Origin: a virus
Taxonomy: Duplodnaviria; Caudoviricetes
Virus record (IMG/VR): IMGVR_UViG_3300042569_001733
Location: 1 to 55,029 of that record
Direction: 5' to 3' (one strand)
DNA: 55,029 nucleotides
The notes under the pieces were generated by a model. It saw only the letters and a list, made by a program, of their open reading frames with translations. It was not told the DNA's origin and made no database searches. Shown here one piece after another: positions 46,235 to 55,029 of the stretch (within the stretch, counting starts at the first letter, position 1; each line of letters opens with the position of its first letter). A program made the translations under genes and the position numbers.

Positions 46235-49200
46235 CTATGCTCCTCCGCGACGAAGTTGGAATGCTATTTGACGTGAAATTATAGACGCAAGCTCTGATTC
46301 GTTCATACCTTGTGAAGGATAGACGTTAATTGTATTTCCACCACCGCCACCAGAAAGCATACTAATCATAGCCTTGTCACGCTTTGATAGTCCGTCTGGG
46401 TCAAGAGGCTCTACTCGCTCTGAACGACCAGCTTCTCCAATAACCGCAAGCGTGCCTCCGCGGGAAGCCGGAATAACTCCGCCTTGAGCTAACTGCACTG
46501 GAGAAATCGGAGAGATTTGAAAATTTACCTTCCCGAAAGTTGCAAATTTAAGACCCTTTAGAAGTAAATTGATTGCTCCAATAGCCCCATTTAGACCTCC
46601 AATAATAAAGTTAATAACACTTTGAAGTCCGCCCTTTAGCCCATCCCACATTCCTTTAGCTGCATTTGCAATTTTTCCAGGAAGACTTTTAACAAAGTCA
46701 ACCATTAAGCCGATGTTGCCCTTTAACGTTTCATATCGATCTTTAAAAAAGTCAACTAGCCAGTTAAATATGCCTGCTGCTGCAGTTTTAACTTTGCCTG
46801 GTAGACCAATTATAAAGGTAATAAATGCACCGATGTTGCCCTTTAATGTCTCGTATCGAGCTACAAAAAAGTCTACTAGCCAGTTCCATATTGCTTTTCC
46901 AGCTTCTGCAAGTTTACTACCTAATCCCTTAACAAAAGCAACAATTTCATCAAAGTTCTTTACTACAGCCAAAACTGCTAGTCCAAACGGTCCTGTAAGA
47001 ATAGCAAGTATCATAGGCCAGTTGTTTTTCAAGAAATCAATTACTTTTAAAAAAGCATTTTTTATTGCCGTACCTATACCATCAACAAGATTTTTAAAAG
47101 TTTCACTTTTTCCATAAAGTATCGCGATAGCAGCAATTACAAGACCTACTACCGTAAGAAAAACTCCAAGAGGGTTTGCTTTCATAACAACACCCAAAGC
47201 TTTAAAAGCGCCAACAAGCTCTTTTCCTATCACCTTTGCAGTATCTTTAGCGCCTTTCTTTATTGAATCAAAGGCATACATGCCTTTAAGCGCTATTGTC
47301 TCTAGACCTGACTTAACTTTAGCAAGAACAGGGGCAGGCACAATAGCCTTTACCAGTGTACCAATACTACGTAGACTACTTTCAACAACCTTTGTACCAA
47401 ATTTACCAACTTTGCCAATCGTGCCAAGAGCCAAGCCAAAGGCTAGAATCTTTCCTGTAGCATTGAATACAGCCTTGATAAACTTGTTTTCTAAGAGGGT
47501 GTTTATTGCCTCCAGAACGGTGTTAAGCGTATTAAAGAATACCTTTATCGCGCCGGCGTCTGTAGTTGCCTTCGTAAACTTAAGAATGTTTACTACTAGT
47601 CTAGCAAGTGATGGGCCTGCTTCATTAGCTGACTTAAGAATGTCTCCAAAGATAGGAGCGCCTTCTTTTAACGTATCCCAGAAAACCTTAACATTAGGGT
47701 CTGCGCCAACTTTAAGAATTTCCTTTACAAATGCACCAACTGACTCTAAAATTGCTATTGAGTTTGTTGCCGCGCCCTTAAAGTACTCTGCTAATGAATC
47801 TTTTCCTTCTACTGACCCCGAGAATGCTTCAAACTTAGCAGTAATCTTTTCTAGCCAGTCAAGGACGATGTATCCACCGCCGCCAGGCTGGAAGTTGGCG
47901 CTGATGACATTAGAGATTCCACTAAATAAATTACCAAAAACTCCGCTTAACTGAGCGGCGATATTTCCTGCCTTAGTGAAAAATGCCTCTAGCTCTCCGC
48001 TGGCTTGCCCTGCGTTTAAGAATTTTGCAAAGTCTCCAGTTTTCTTAGTTAAGAAGTCAGTAAACTTGCGAATAAGAGGATCGGCGGCAACGAGAATAGA
48101 AAGAATAGAATCGTAGACGTTTCCTATGGTCTCTCCAAGACCTTCAACTATATAACCTGACTGCTCAAATACTTTCTCAAGATCTTTAATGTTTTCTGGT
48201 TTGACTATAGAGTCAATAATAGAGTTAAAACCCTTGCCGATAGAAGTTGCAAGCTTTGCAAGCATTGGCTCTAGCGGATCAAATAATTCTGTTCTTAGTT
48301 TTTCAAGGCCATTTTGTAGAAGAGGGAGAAGAGCTTCGGCAGCCGCATCTCTAAGTTTTTTAAGCGCGGGGATAAATGTACCAACAAGATATTTAACAAA
48401 CGCCTGAGCCGCAGGAGAAAGACCTTTTAATGCATTCGCGTACGCATCAACACCACCGGTAGCGCCTTTATTTGCAGTTTCCTGGTCTGCTAGTGCTCGA
48501 GCAAGATCATCATACGCGTCTTGAATACGGGCGATAAGATCTTCTTCTCTGTCTAAGTACCTTTGCTTAACATCTGCGTACTTCTGCTCTGCATCAGCTA
48601 TCTTTCTAGCATTGTCTGTTTTTACGTTCGCAATATTCTTTTCTACATCAGCTATTTTTTTAGCATTCTCTATTTTTACGTTTGCAATATTATTTTCTGC
48701 ATTAAGAATCTTTATAGCATTAGAAGCTCTTACAGATGAAAGATTTGCCTCAGCTTCTTGTTGAGAGCGTAGCGCATTGCGCGCGACTTGAGCTACTGTT
48801 ACCTGCGCGTCTTCTTGGCGCTTTAGCGCATCAATGTATCCTGTAGTATTCTTAGGATCTCCAGCTAGCTTATCTTGTTCCTTTTGAAGATCTTTATTCT
48901 TATCTTTAGCACGACGTAGACCAAGTTCAGCCTCAGCAAACGCAAGTTGTGCTTCACGACGAGCGCGGGTATTCGGAGGTAGATCTTGAGTACGCTGTAA
49001 GGTCTCACGAGCTTTTTCAAGAGTAATAGATGCGCGCTTCTCTGAAAGAGCTGCGTCCTCTGCATCAAATCCAAGTTGTTGTACTTCTTCACGGCCAGCT
49101 TCCAATGCTTCTGTAAGATCAAGTTGTGCTTCCTTTAGGCGATTATTCGCCTCAATCATGGACTCGGTATTTTGCTCTTTAACTAGTGAAAGACGCTTCT

Positions 49201-49948
49201 CGGCTTCTTCTTCTCGAAGAGCTGCTTCTTCTACAGCTGAAGCTTTTTCTTGTATTGCTTCGCGTTCCTTCTGCGCCGCCTCTTGCACAACTAAAGTTTT
49301 CTTTTCTACTGCTTCTCTTTCTTTTTGTGCAGCATCTTCTGCGGCTTGTGCTTTGTCTTGCTCGGCTTCTGCTAAATCTTTTAGACGGTCTCTTTCAAGA
49401 CGGAAACTGTCCTTGCTAAGTTCTTCAATCCGCTTCTCGATGTCTTCAACTCTACGAGCTGCTGCAATCTTAGCAGCTGTGTTCTCTTGCGTTGCCTTTT
49501 TCTGTTGGTTTAGTCCAGCAGAGACAGCCTTGCCTACTCCACCAAGGGCAGCAACAGTTGTTATAGCCGCAAGACCAATTGCAGTAAATATTCCAGGAAG
49601 CACAACTAGAGCAGGCGTCGCAGCTCCGACTATAGAAAGAAGAGAGACAAAGCCTCCGCCAAGAGAGCCAAGGCTAGAGATAAGAGGACCAATAGAGGCG
49701 GTAAGCACAAAGTTTGTTCTGACAAGACTTTGAAAAGTTGCTCGTGCAGCGTCAGCCTCGCTGGCAGAGAAGTCAAACTTCTTGCCTAGACCTTTAGACA
49801 GACTACTACTAAACCCTTCTATAAAAGATTCACCAATAGACTCGCCGTCTGACTTAAGGTTGATACCATTAAGAGAACGACGTACGTCTTTTTCAAAGCC
49901 AGATGTAATAGCCTTTACGACTATATACGCATCGCCAACTACTGCCAC
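46235..49948 (-). CDS. Tape measure protein
   Basis: 1237 aa, coiled-coil and amphipathic W/F-spaced repeats, C-terminal AQGG...GEAG..E. Lies downstream of the chaperones. Confidence 0.9.
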   Translation of the reverse strand: MAVVGDAYIVVKAITSGFEKDVRRSLNGINLKSDGESIGESFIEGFSSSLSKGLGKKFDFSASEADAARATFQSLVRTNFVLTASIGPLISSLGSLGGGFVSLLSIVGAATPALVVLPGIFTAIGLAAITTVAALGGVGKAVSAGLNQQKKATQENTAAKIAAARRVEDIEKRIEELSKDSFRLERDRLKDLAEAEQDKAQAAEDAAQKEREAVEKKTLVVQEAAQKEREAIQEKASAVEEAALREEEAEKRLSLVKEQNTESMIEANNRLKEAQLDLTEALEAGREEVQQLGFDAEDAALSEKRASITLEKARETLQRTQDLPPNTRARREAQLAFAEAELGLRRAKDKNKDLQKEQDKLAGDPKNTTGYIDALKRQEDAQVTVAQVARNALRSQQEAEANLSSVRASNAIKILNAENNIANVKIENAKKIADVEKNIANVKTDNARKIADAEQKYADVKQRYLDREEDLIARIQDAYDDLARALADQETANKGATGGVDAYANALKGLSPAAQAFVKYLVGTFIPALKKLRDAAAEALLPLLQNGLEKLRTELFDPLEPMLAKLATSIGKGFNSIIDSIVKPENIKDLEKVFEQSGYIVEGLGETIGNVYDSILSILVAADPLIRKFTDFLTKKTGDFAKFLNAGQASGELEAFFTKAGNIAAQLSGVFGNLFSGISNVISANFQPGGGGYIVLDWLEKITAKFEAFSGSVEGKDSLAEYFKGAATNSIAILESVGAFVKEILKVGADPNVKVFWDTLKEGAPIFGDILKSANEAGPSLARLVVNILKFTKATTDAGAIKVFFNTLNTVLEAINTLLENKFIKAVFNATGKILAFGLALGTIGKVGKFGTKVVESSLRSIGTLVKAIVPAPVLAKVKSGLETIALKGMYAFDSIKKGAKDTAKVIGKELVGAFKALGVVMKANPLGVFLTVVGLVIAAIAILYGKSETFKNLVDGIGTAIKNAFLKVIDFLKNNWPMILAILTGPFGLAVLAVVKNFDEIVAFVKGLGSKLAEAGKAIWNWLVDFFVARYETLKGNIGAFITFIIGLPGKVKTAAAGIFNWLVDFFKDRYETLKGNIGLMVDFVKSLPGKIANAAKGMWDGLKGGLQSVINFIIGGLNGAIGAINLLLKGLKFATFGKVNFQISPISPVQLAQGGVIPASRGGTLAVIGEAGRSERVEPLDPDGLSKRDKAMISMLSGGGGGNTINVYPSQGMNESELASIISRQIAFQLRRGGA

Positions 49949-49979
49949 TTACTCACCTCCTTTCGGTTTTTAATTTTTC

Positions 49980-50447
49980 TTATCCTCTAGTAATAGGACC
50001 GTCTAGCGTGTCGCCAAATGGCTGATCCGCTGCGGCATTTACTGTTGTAGGTCTAATAAACGGTTTAACTGCCTTTTGCTTTTGCAAGGGGTCAAAAGGG
50101 ACTATCTTTTCTTCTTCCTTTTGAGAGATAGATTCAAAGTCATCAAAATTCCTGCTAAGTCCTTGGCCACCGGCTGTGGAACTTGAAGCAGCAGAGTAGG
50201 CATAAGATGATTTGTAGAAATCTTCATAGATAGCTACACGAGAACGGTCTCTGCCCTCTGCCTGTTCAACAGTTGAGTAGAACAGATCTTCTTCAAAGAA
50301 GTAGTGCAAGACGTCAAGCATGTCGCTTGCCTCCATTTCCTTTAAGTTTAGTCCGTTCACGAGTGCTTTTCCATTAATGTAGGGCCAGAGATCTATTCCC
50401 CAGGAGACGAGACTTCTGGCCCCTGAGTCGGGCGCGAGGTGTAACCC
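49980..50447 (-). CDS. Tail assembly chaperone, downstream (-1 frame) part
   Basis: The frame is open from 50447, overlapping the end of the upstream chaperone in the -1 frame. No clear RBS before GTG 50360. Confidence 0.65.
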   Translation of the reverse strand, partial: GLHLAPDSGARSLVSWGIDLWPYINGKALVNGLNLKEMEASDMLDVLHYFFEEDLFYSTVEQAEGRDRSRVAIYEDFYKSSYAYSAASSSTAGGQGLSRNFDDFESISQKEEEKIVPFDPLQKQKAVKPFIRPTTVNAAADQPFGDTLDGPITRG

Positions 50448-50740
50448 TCAACTAGCCAGGCGCTAATTTCTCCTAGTTTTTCCATCTGAACAATCTTGTC
50501 AGGGTGCAAAAGCAGAGCGTTAAATCGCTCGTAGCTTTCTTCCATAAGAGCATGCTTAAAGAAGAAGGTAATAGAGTTAGCAGCCTCTGCTGCATCATCT
50601 GAGTTTGATTTAGAAACTAGGTCTAAAAGAACTTTTCCTTGTAGCTCTGGGCGACAGAAAAATTCTTCGCCGTGAATCTTAAAAGATATTTCTTCTTTTT
50701 GGCCGGTGTCTTCGGACCCAAAATCTTTGAACTTGGTCAT
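50393..50740 (-). CDS. Tail assembly chaperone
   Basis: GGAGG RBS. Acidic 115-aa protein two ORFs before the tape measure, ending W..E.Y..RPT. Confidence 0.8.
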   Translation of the reverse strand: MTKFKDFGSEDTGQKEEISFKIHGEEFFCRPELQGKVLLDLVSKSNSDDAAEAANSITFFFKHALMEESYERFNALLLHPDKIVQMEKLGEISAWLVEGYTSRPTQGPEVSSPGE

Positions 50741-50772
50741 TATTTCTTCCTCCGTATTGTGTTGGTGTCTTT

Positions 50773-50792
50773 ATTAAAGCACGTGCTTTAAT
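50773..50792. repeat. Perfect 20-bp palindrome
   Basis: ATTAAAGCACGTGCTTTAAT is its own reverse complement. Intergenic. Confidence 0.8.
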
Positions 50793-50798
50793 TCTAGG

Positions 50799-51185
50799 TT
50801 ATCTTATCAAATAAAGGTTGTCGGTGAGGTATCTGTTTGGCCTTGTTCCAGGGTGTCTTACCATATGTGTGTAGATCACTCTTGAGCCGGCAGTAAATCT
50901 AAGCACCTGAGATCTATTAGGAACTATTAGGTGCGGGCGGCTTCCTTCATGGTGTACTAACGCATGCTTAACAGGTGAGCCTACCTCAATGTATTGACCC
51001 ACGCCAGAGCGGCTGTGGCGCATGTGAATTGATGCCTTCAGTCTGCCTGTGTCAACACCCACCTGCCCTTTCGCAGCTGCAACTATACGCTGGCCTACAG
51101 ACGCTAAGTATACGCCTACTGTTCCAGCGGGTGAGTTAAGAAGCGTGTCTAGCGCAGCAGGTCTAAATACTACTGTAACTGCCAT
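50799..51185 (-). CDS. HK97 gp10-like neck/tail completion protein
   Basis: VDTGRLKASI...A..HEG...HPGT.PN.YL. Confidence 0.75.
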   Translation of the reverse strand: MAVTVVFRPAALDTLLNSPAGTVGVYLASVGQRIVAAAKGQVGVDTGRLKASIHMRHSRSGVGQYIEVGSPVKHALVHHEGSRPHLIVPNRSQVLRFTAGSRVIYTHMVRHPGTRPNRYLTDNLYLIR

Positions 51186-51688
51186 TATGGGACCACCATA
51201 GATACCTGCATACGAACTGTCTCGAAGCCACCCTCAGGGTTACCAGCCTCGACGGTTGCAATGACACCCATGCCGTATTCGTTCTCTTCCCACTGGTCGA
51301 GTTTGCGCATAAGCTCCATAAATAGGTAGCAATCAACTGCCGCGATCTCTGAACCTTCTTGAATTTTTTCTCCCGTAGGAGCCTTGCCGTTATTTCCAAC
51401 TACGGGGATCTGTCGAGATACCGCAATGCTAAGCACCGCTGTTCGTGGTTGGGTACAGCGTTGAGGCTGGCTTGCCTGATCTCCAGGAAGACCTAGATAC
51501 ATTTGAATAAATGACACAGAAAGCTGCTCGCAGTCAATCGCAGGCTCGCCCATTAACCAAAAACGACGTGAAGGCAGGTCTACGTTGTACTCTTCATAGG
51601 TAGCAACTACCTTGGCAAGAACTGCGTCAAGAAAATCCTTAAGGTGTAACGCTTTAGAGTCAACCGTGGAGATGTCAATAATTGGCAT
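51185..51688 (-). CDS. Neck / tail terminator-like protein
   Basis: Lies between the adaptor and the gp10-like gene. DC.QL.V...GG pattern. Confidence 0.55.
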   Translation of the reverse strand: MPIIDISTVDSKALHLKDFLDAVLAKVVATYEEYNVDLPSRRFWLMGEPAIDCEQLSVSFIQMYLGLPGDQASQPQRCTQPRTAVLSIAVSRQIPVVGNNGKAPTGEKIQEGSEIAAVDCYLFMELMRKLDQWEENEYGMGVIATVEAGNPEGGFETVRMQVSMVVP

Positions 51689-51698
51689 ATTGCGTCTC

Positions 51699-53066
51699 CT
51701 AGTTGTCTAGTGTATATGTAGGTGTCGGTACAGCACCAAGTTTAAGTGATAGGTTACCGGACGCAATATACACAGTTTCAGTTCCCTTTACTGCATAGAG
51801 ATCCCACGTACCTGGGTCAACAAAGCCCGCGTAGGCATATGCATCTGCGTAGGGAACCGATAATGTTAGTGTGTCGCGAGACTCGTTTGTAACAAGCGCC
51901 GTTCCGGTGTCTGCGCCGTACGCAACGTTGCTTGCAACCTTGACATACATAAAGGTAGTAGTCGTAGGGACATCCGCGATGTAGTACGAGCCGTTAAAGG
52001 TTGCGTTGATGCCTGAGATTGTCACGTAGTCGCCTGCTGAGAACCCGTGGGCAGTCGACGTGGTAATAATCGCCATGTTATCCGCGAGCTGCTTGTGAGA
52101 GACGGACTTAGAGATGTCGGTAGTGATGGTGTTAATAGAAACGGCGCCTGAGCCAAGATCTTTTGTCTTAGTTCCGCTGTAGTTACTGATCTTAAGGTTA
52201 GGCACCCATGTATCATCTGTTACCAGGAACGCGGCGTTGATGTAGTCGATGTTTACGTCGAGAGTTCCGCCGTCATTTCCTGTGATGATCATGTCAAGAA
52301 CACTTGGAGCAAGAGAAAGAGGCTTAGAAACATGACGACGAGCGCGAGGAACGTCTGGAGAGAATACGCGTGCCTTTGCACGTGCCTTATCTGGGTTTGA
52401 AGACTTAAGGAAGAGATCTACAACGTATAGACCTGTGCGTAGCTCATCAATGAAGTCCTGGTTGTCAAGAACAGTGTAGGAAACGCCTTGGCGAGAGATA
52501 GCGGTAATACGTTGAGGCAATGCACAGTCATCGTTGCCAGACCAGAGCTTAATAAACTCTGTAGCAAGGGTACGCGCGGCTGCCTTGCCAGACGCAGGAG
52601 GTGGAGATCCATATGTGTATGTAACTTCAATGTTGCAAGGTGCCCAGGCTGTCCCGGAGCGTGCTTGAAGCGTAGAATGATCTACTAAATAGTAGTTAGA
52701 AGGGTCGACTATCATTCCAGTGCGGTCACGGACGGCGTCGATCTTAACTACAGGCCGTCCGCGTAGGCGTAGACGTGTAGAAGGTGACATACCGTCTGTT
52801 GTAAGCTCGGCGTAGTCGTCAAATTCATCAAAAGGAAGGTTATACATGTCGCCGGCGACAAGTTCCGGCGTGTAGTTACGAGCAGAGGCGCCTAGACGAT
52901 ACGCACGTGACGCGCATACATATTTTTCTGTAACTGTATTGATTCCACCATACTTGCGACCAGACATAGACCATAGAAGTTGAGACGCTACCTTAACGGC
53001 CTCGTACGCGTATTCATGATCCGCGTAGATATCTAGTTCTTCAACGTTAACCCAAAGGTTTGACAC
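51699..53066 (-). CDS. Head-to-tail adaptor with a C-terminal extension
   Basis: AS.LLW.MSGR.YG, VTYTYG.PPP, C.LPQR.T.ISRQGVS, TGL..VD.F....NP motifs. Confidence 0.75.
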   Translation of the reverse strand: MSNLWVNVEELDIYADHEYAYEAVKVASQLLWSMSGRKYGGINTVTEKYVCASRAYRLGASARNYTPELVAGDMYNLPFDEFDDYAELTTDGMSPSTRLRLRGRPVVKIDAVRDRTGMIVDPSNYYLVDHSTLQARSGTAWAPCNIEVTYTYGSPPPASGKAAARTLATEFIKLWSGNDDCALPQRITAISRQGVSYTVLDNQDFIDELRTGLYVVDLFLKSSNPDKARAKARVFSPDVPRARRHVSKPLSLAPSVLDMIITGNDGGTLDVNIDYINAAFLVTDDTWVPNLKISNYSGTKTKDLGSGAVSINTITTDISKSVSHKQLADNMAIITTSTAHGFSAGDYVTISGINATFNGSYYIADVPTTTTFMYVKVASNVAYGADTGTALVTNESRDTLTLSVPYADAYAYAGFVDPGTWDLYAVKGTETVYIASGNLSLKLGAVPTPTYTLDN

Positions 53067-53110
53067 TTATCTGTCCTGTCTAATCGTCGTTAATGTAGAT
53101 CTTAATAAAG

Positions 53111-53154
53111 GAGCGGCATGCCTGTGTTGGTGGTAACACATCGGCATGCCGCTC
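53111..53154 (-). terminator. Strong hairpin, probable terminator after the major tail gene
   Basis: GAGCGGCATGCC...GGCATGCCGCTC stem with inner TGTGTT/AACACA, followed by CTTTATT on the minus strand. Confidence 0.75.
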
Positions 53155-53165
53155 ACATTCTATTA

Positions 53166-54215
53166 TTAAGAGGTTGGATCCTCTGTAGACGCAATGATGA
53201 AGTCTACGTCGTTATCAGCGTTATAGTCCAAGCTGCCAGGAACGTTATAAGCTGTAGTTGAACCTTCTGACGCAAAGTCAGTGACCGCGCGTGAGTTTGT
53301 AGGTACTAGAGCTGTTCCAGTATCTGCAGCAGAAGTGATTGTTCCACTTGTTGCTGTTGTGTATGTGAAGGTTGTTGTTGTTGGTACAGTTGTGATTGTG
53401 TATGTACCATGCAAAGGAGCATTTCCGTTTGTACCGGAGATTGTTACTGTATCACCAACCTCAAAGGTGTGAGCCGTTGAGGTAGTGATTGTAGCAGTCG
53501 TGCCAGTACGCTGTGAGTTAGAGATTGTCTTTGAGATATCTCCGTGCCATGTGTAGAAGCCCTTGCGGCCTGTTGGAGCCCAAGCATTGCGAGCATATGA
53601 GTATGGGCGCTCTGTTGCAACTGGGAATTCCCAGCGATCATCTAAGCCCATTGAGAATGCTGTGTTGCCAAGTCCGTAACCTTCGAATGTATTTGCAAGC
53701 AAACCATTCTCAATTACGCGGTCGCCTGAAAGGCGAAGTTTTGCGTATGGGAATACCCAGTGGAAGTAAGGAAGTGTTGCTGCCTTCTTGCCGTCAATGA
53801 TTGCGTGTGACCATGTCTCAATAGCAACACCGTTACCTGCAGGATCATCACCTGTTGCAGGAGAAGACCAACCAACAGATTTGCGATCTGGTGTAGCAAA
53901 TGTTCCAAGGTTCTTACGAAGCAATAGACCGCCTGAAAGAAGCTGCGTTAATTCTGTATCTGGCTCGCAGATTGCAAGTTCCATTGTGATACGCTTTAGC
54001 GTATCTGGAGACTTGTATGTTACGCAGACAGCGCCGTTAGCGCCTTTTTCTGTAATTTCATCGCCTTCTTCATATTCTGGTGTGAATGAAAGACGCATGA
54101 ATGCAGATGTTGTGTAGCTGTCGCCAGGCTCATTTAGGAGGTTACCAGACGCGTCAAGTCGAGTTACTCGAATTGAGACGCCCTGAATACTGGCGGCGTA
54201 TTCTTGAGTTGCCAT
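53166..54215 (-). CDS. Major tail (tube) protein with a C-terminal accessory domain
   Basis: RVTRLD..G, EEGDEI..K.A.G..CV, LK...L..C.PD, W.FP patterns. AAGGAG RBS. Followed by a terminator. Confidence 0.8.
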   Translation of the reverse strand: MATQEYAASIQGVSIRVTRLDASGNLLNEPGDSYTTSAFMRLSFTPEYEEGDEITEKGANGAVCVTYKSPDTLKRITMELAICEPDTELTQLLSGGLLLRKNLGTFATPDRKSVGWSSPATGDDPAGNGVAIETWSHAIIDGKKAATLPYFHWVFPYAKLRLSGDRVIENGLLANTFEGYGLGNTAFSMGLDDRWEFPVATERPYSYARNAWAPTGRKGFYTWHGDISKTISNSQRTGTTATITTSTAHTFEVGDTVTISGTNGNAPLHGTYTITTVPTTTTFTYTTATSGTITSAADTGTALVPTNSRAVTDFASEGSTTAYNVPGSLDYNADNDVDFIIASTEDPTS

Positions 54216-54268
54216 TGTTTGTTTTTCTCCTTATTTTTGATGTATAACTGTCTGCTAATACGTATATT

Positions 54269-55029
54269 TTACGCGGTTAGATCGATCCTGACTGCTGCGT
54301 GAACAGACGAGTCAAAGTATACTGCTGCCGGGCGGATTGCCTTAAGAAGCATGTTGTTCGCGTTGCCTGATACGTCATAGCCTTGGGCTAGGTTATCGTT
54401 GACAACGTCAATATCGCCAAGAATGACCCTGACGTCTCCTGTCGCGTACATCCATTTGTTTGTCGCGCTTGGTGTTTCCGTGGCGTCTGCCGCGTCGGTT
54501 GGACCTGCCCCTGAGTAGCCAGAACCAATCACTATAGGAGTTCCACCAACAGTTCTAAGGAAGGTGTCACTGCTGCCAGTTGAAGGGTAGACTAGATTAG
54601 AGCTTGCAACAAGCGCCGCAACGTCGCGTGTCATGTGAATGACTCCTTGGATTCCGCACGCTGAAGATTCTCCAATTGTCTGCTCAAGAAGCGCTAGTGC
54701 GCGACGAGCGGATAATGCTGTACCTGAGTTAAGTATCGTAGCGGCAGGATCTACTAGTGCTCGATTTGCATGGCTAGCGCCAATGCGAACTGCACCGTCC
54801 CACAGCTCTGTTTCAAGAGCTTTTTGCGTAATACACTCTAACTGACGCTTAAGTCTTTCAATATGGTCTATACCAAGTAGACCTAGAGTTGAGCGATAGT
54901 CTTCAACCTCAACAAAAAATGGTTTAACTTCTAGATAACGAGCAGGTGTTGCGTTGCTTACAATTGTAGATGAAGTTGTGTCTGTATCATCCCAGTTTTT
55001 AGCGGAATATACTCCGCTGTCCCAGTACT
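54269..55029 (-). CDS. Capsid-associated (minor capsid-like) protein, 5' end outside the window
   Basis: The frame of the 54269-54634 ORF stays open to the window end (...PFFVEVEDYRSTLG...QKALETELWDG...GVIHMTRD...G.GY.G..P...WMYATG.V). Confidence 0.65.
   Translation of the reverse strand, partial: YWDSGVYSAKNWDDTDTTSSTIVSNATPARYLEVKPFFVEVEDYRSTLGLLGIDHIERLKRQLECITQKALETELWDGAVRIGASHANRALVDPAATILNSGTALSARRALALLEQTIGESSACGIQGVIHMTRDVAALVASSNLVYPSTGSSDTFLRTVGGTPIVIGSGYSGAGPTDAADATETPSATNKWMYATGDVRVILGDIDVVNDNLAQGYDVSGNANNMLLKAIRPAAVYFDSSVHAAVRIDLTA

Noticed and set aside
46711-46890. Imperfect direct repeat with 120-bp period in the tape measure gene
   Set aside because: Encodes ordinary tape-measure repeats (NWLVDFF..RYETLKGNIG).
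47280-49733. Long plus-strand ORFs inside the tape measure gene
   Set aside because: Antisense shadows with no recognisable motifs or RBS.

Overview
A 55-kb internal fragment of a tailed dsDNA phage with siphovirus-type tail genes. The host is most likely an actinobacterium, given the WhiB gene, TAnnnT promoters and leaderless starts. It has four blocks. (1) 1-4.7 kb: a partial primase-polymerase/D5 helicase on the minus strand (missing from the ORF track), a holin-like membrane protein and a metallophosphoesterase. (2) 4.8-21.5 kb, plus strand: four large Gly-X-Thr collagen-like fibre proteins and two Asp-box beta-propeller proteins, directly followed by a sulfotransferase, a ~250-aa APS-kinase/HxGH-nucleotidyltransferase fusion resembling a minimal PAPS synthase, and four glycosyltransferases. 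One of these resembles the N-terminal domain of animal procollagen galactosyltransferase. (3) 21.5-39 kb, minus strand: replication/recombination genes (PolA, SNF2 helicase, Cas4-like nuclease, AAA ATPase, SSB, RuvC-like) interleaved with a candidate cytosine hypermodification pathway. That pathway comprises a thymidylate-synthase-fold enzyme with the dCMP-type Asp, a dNMP kinase-UDG-like fusion, dCMP deaminase, a dCTPase/dUTPase-like enzyme, a GT2, two paralogous transferase-like proteins and an atypical C5 methyltransferase. (4) 39-55 kb, minus strand: tail and neck genes, several carrying the same inserted beta-domain. The best candidate for an undescribed system is a self-contained phage pathway for glycosylating and sulfating collagen-like virion fibres. 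All product calls come from motif recognition by eye; no searches were run.
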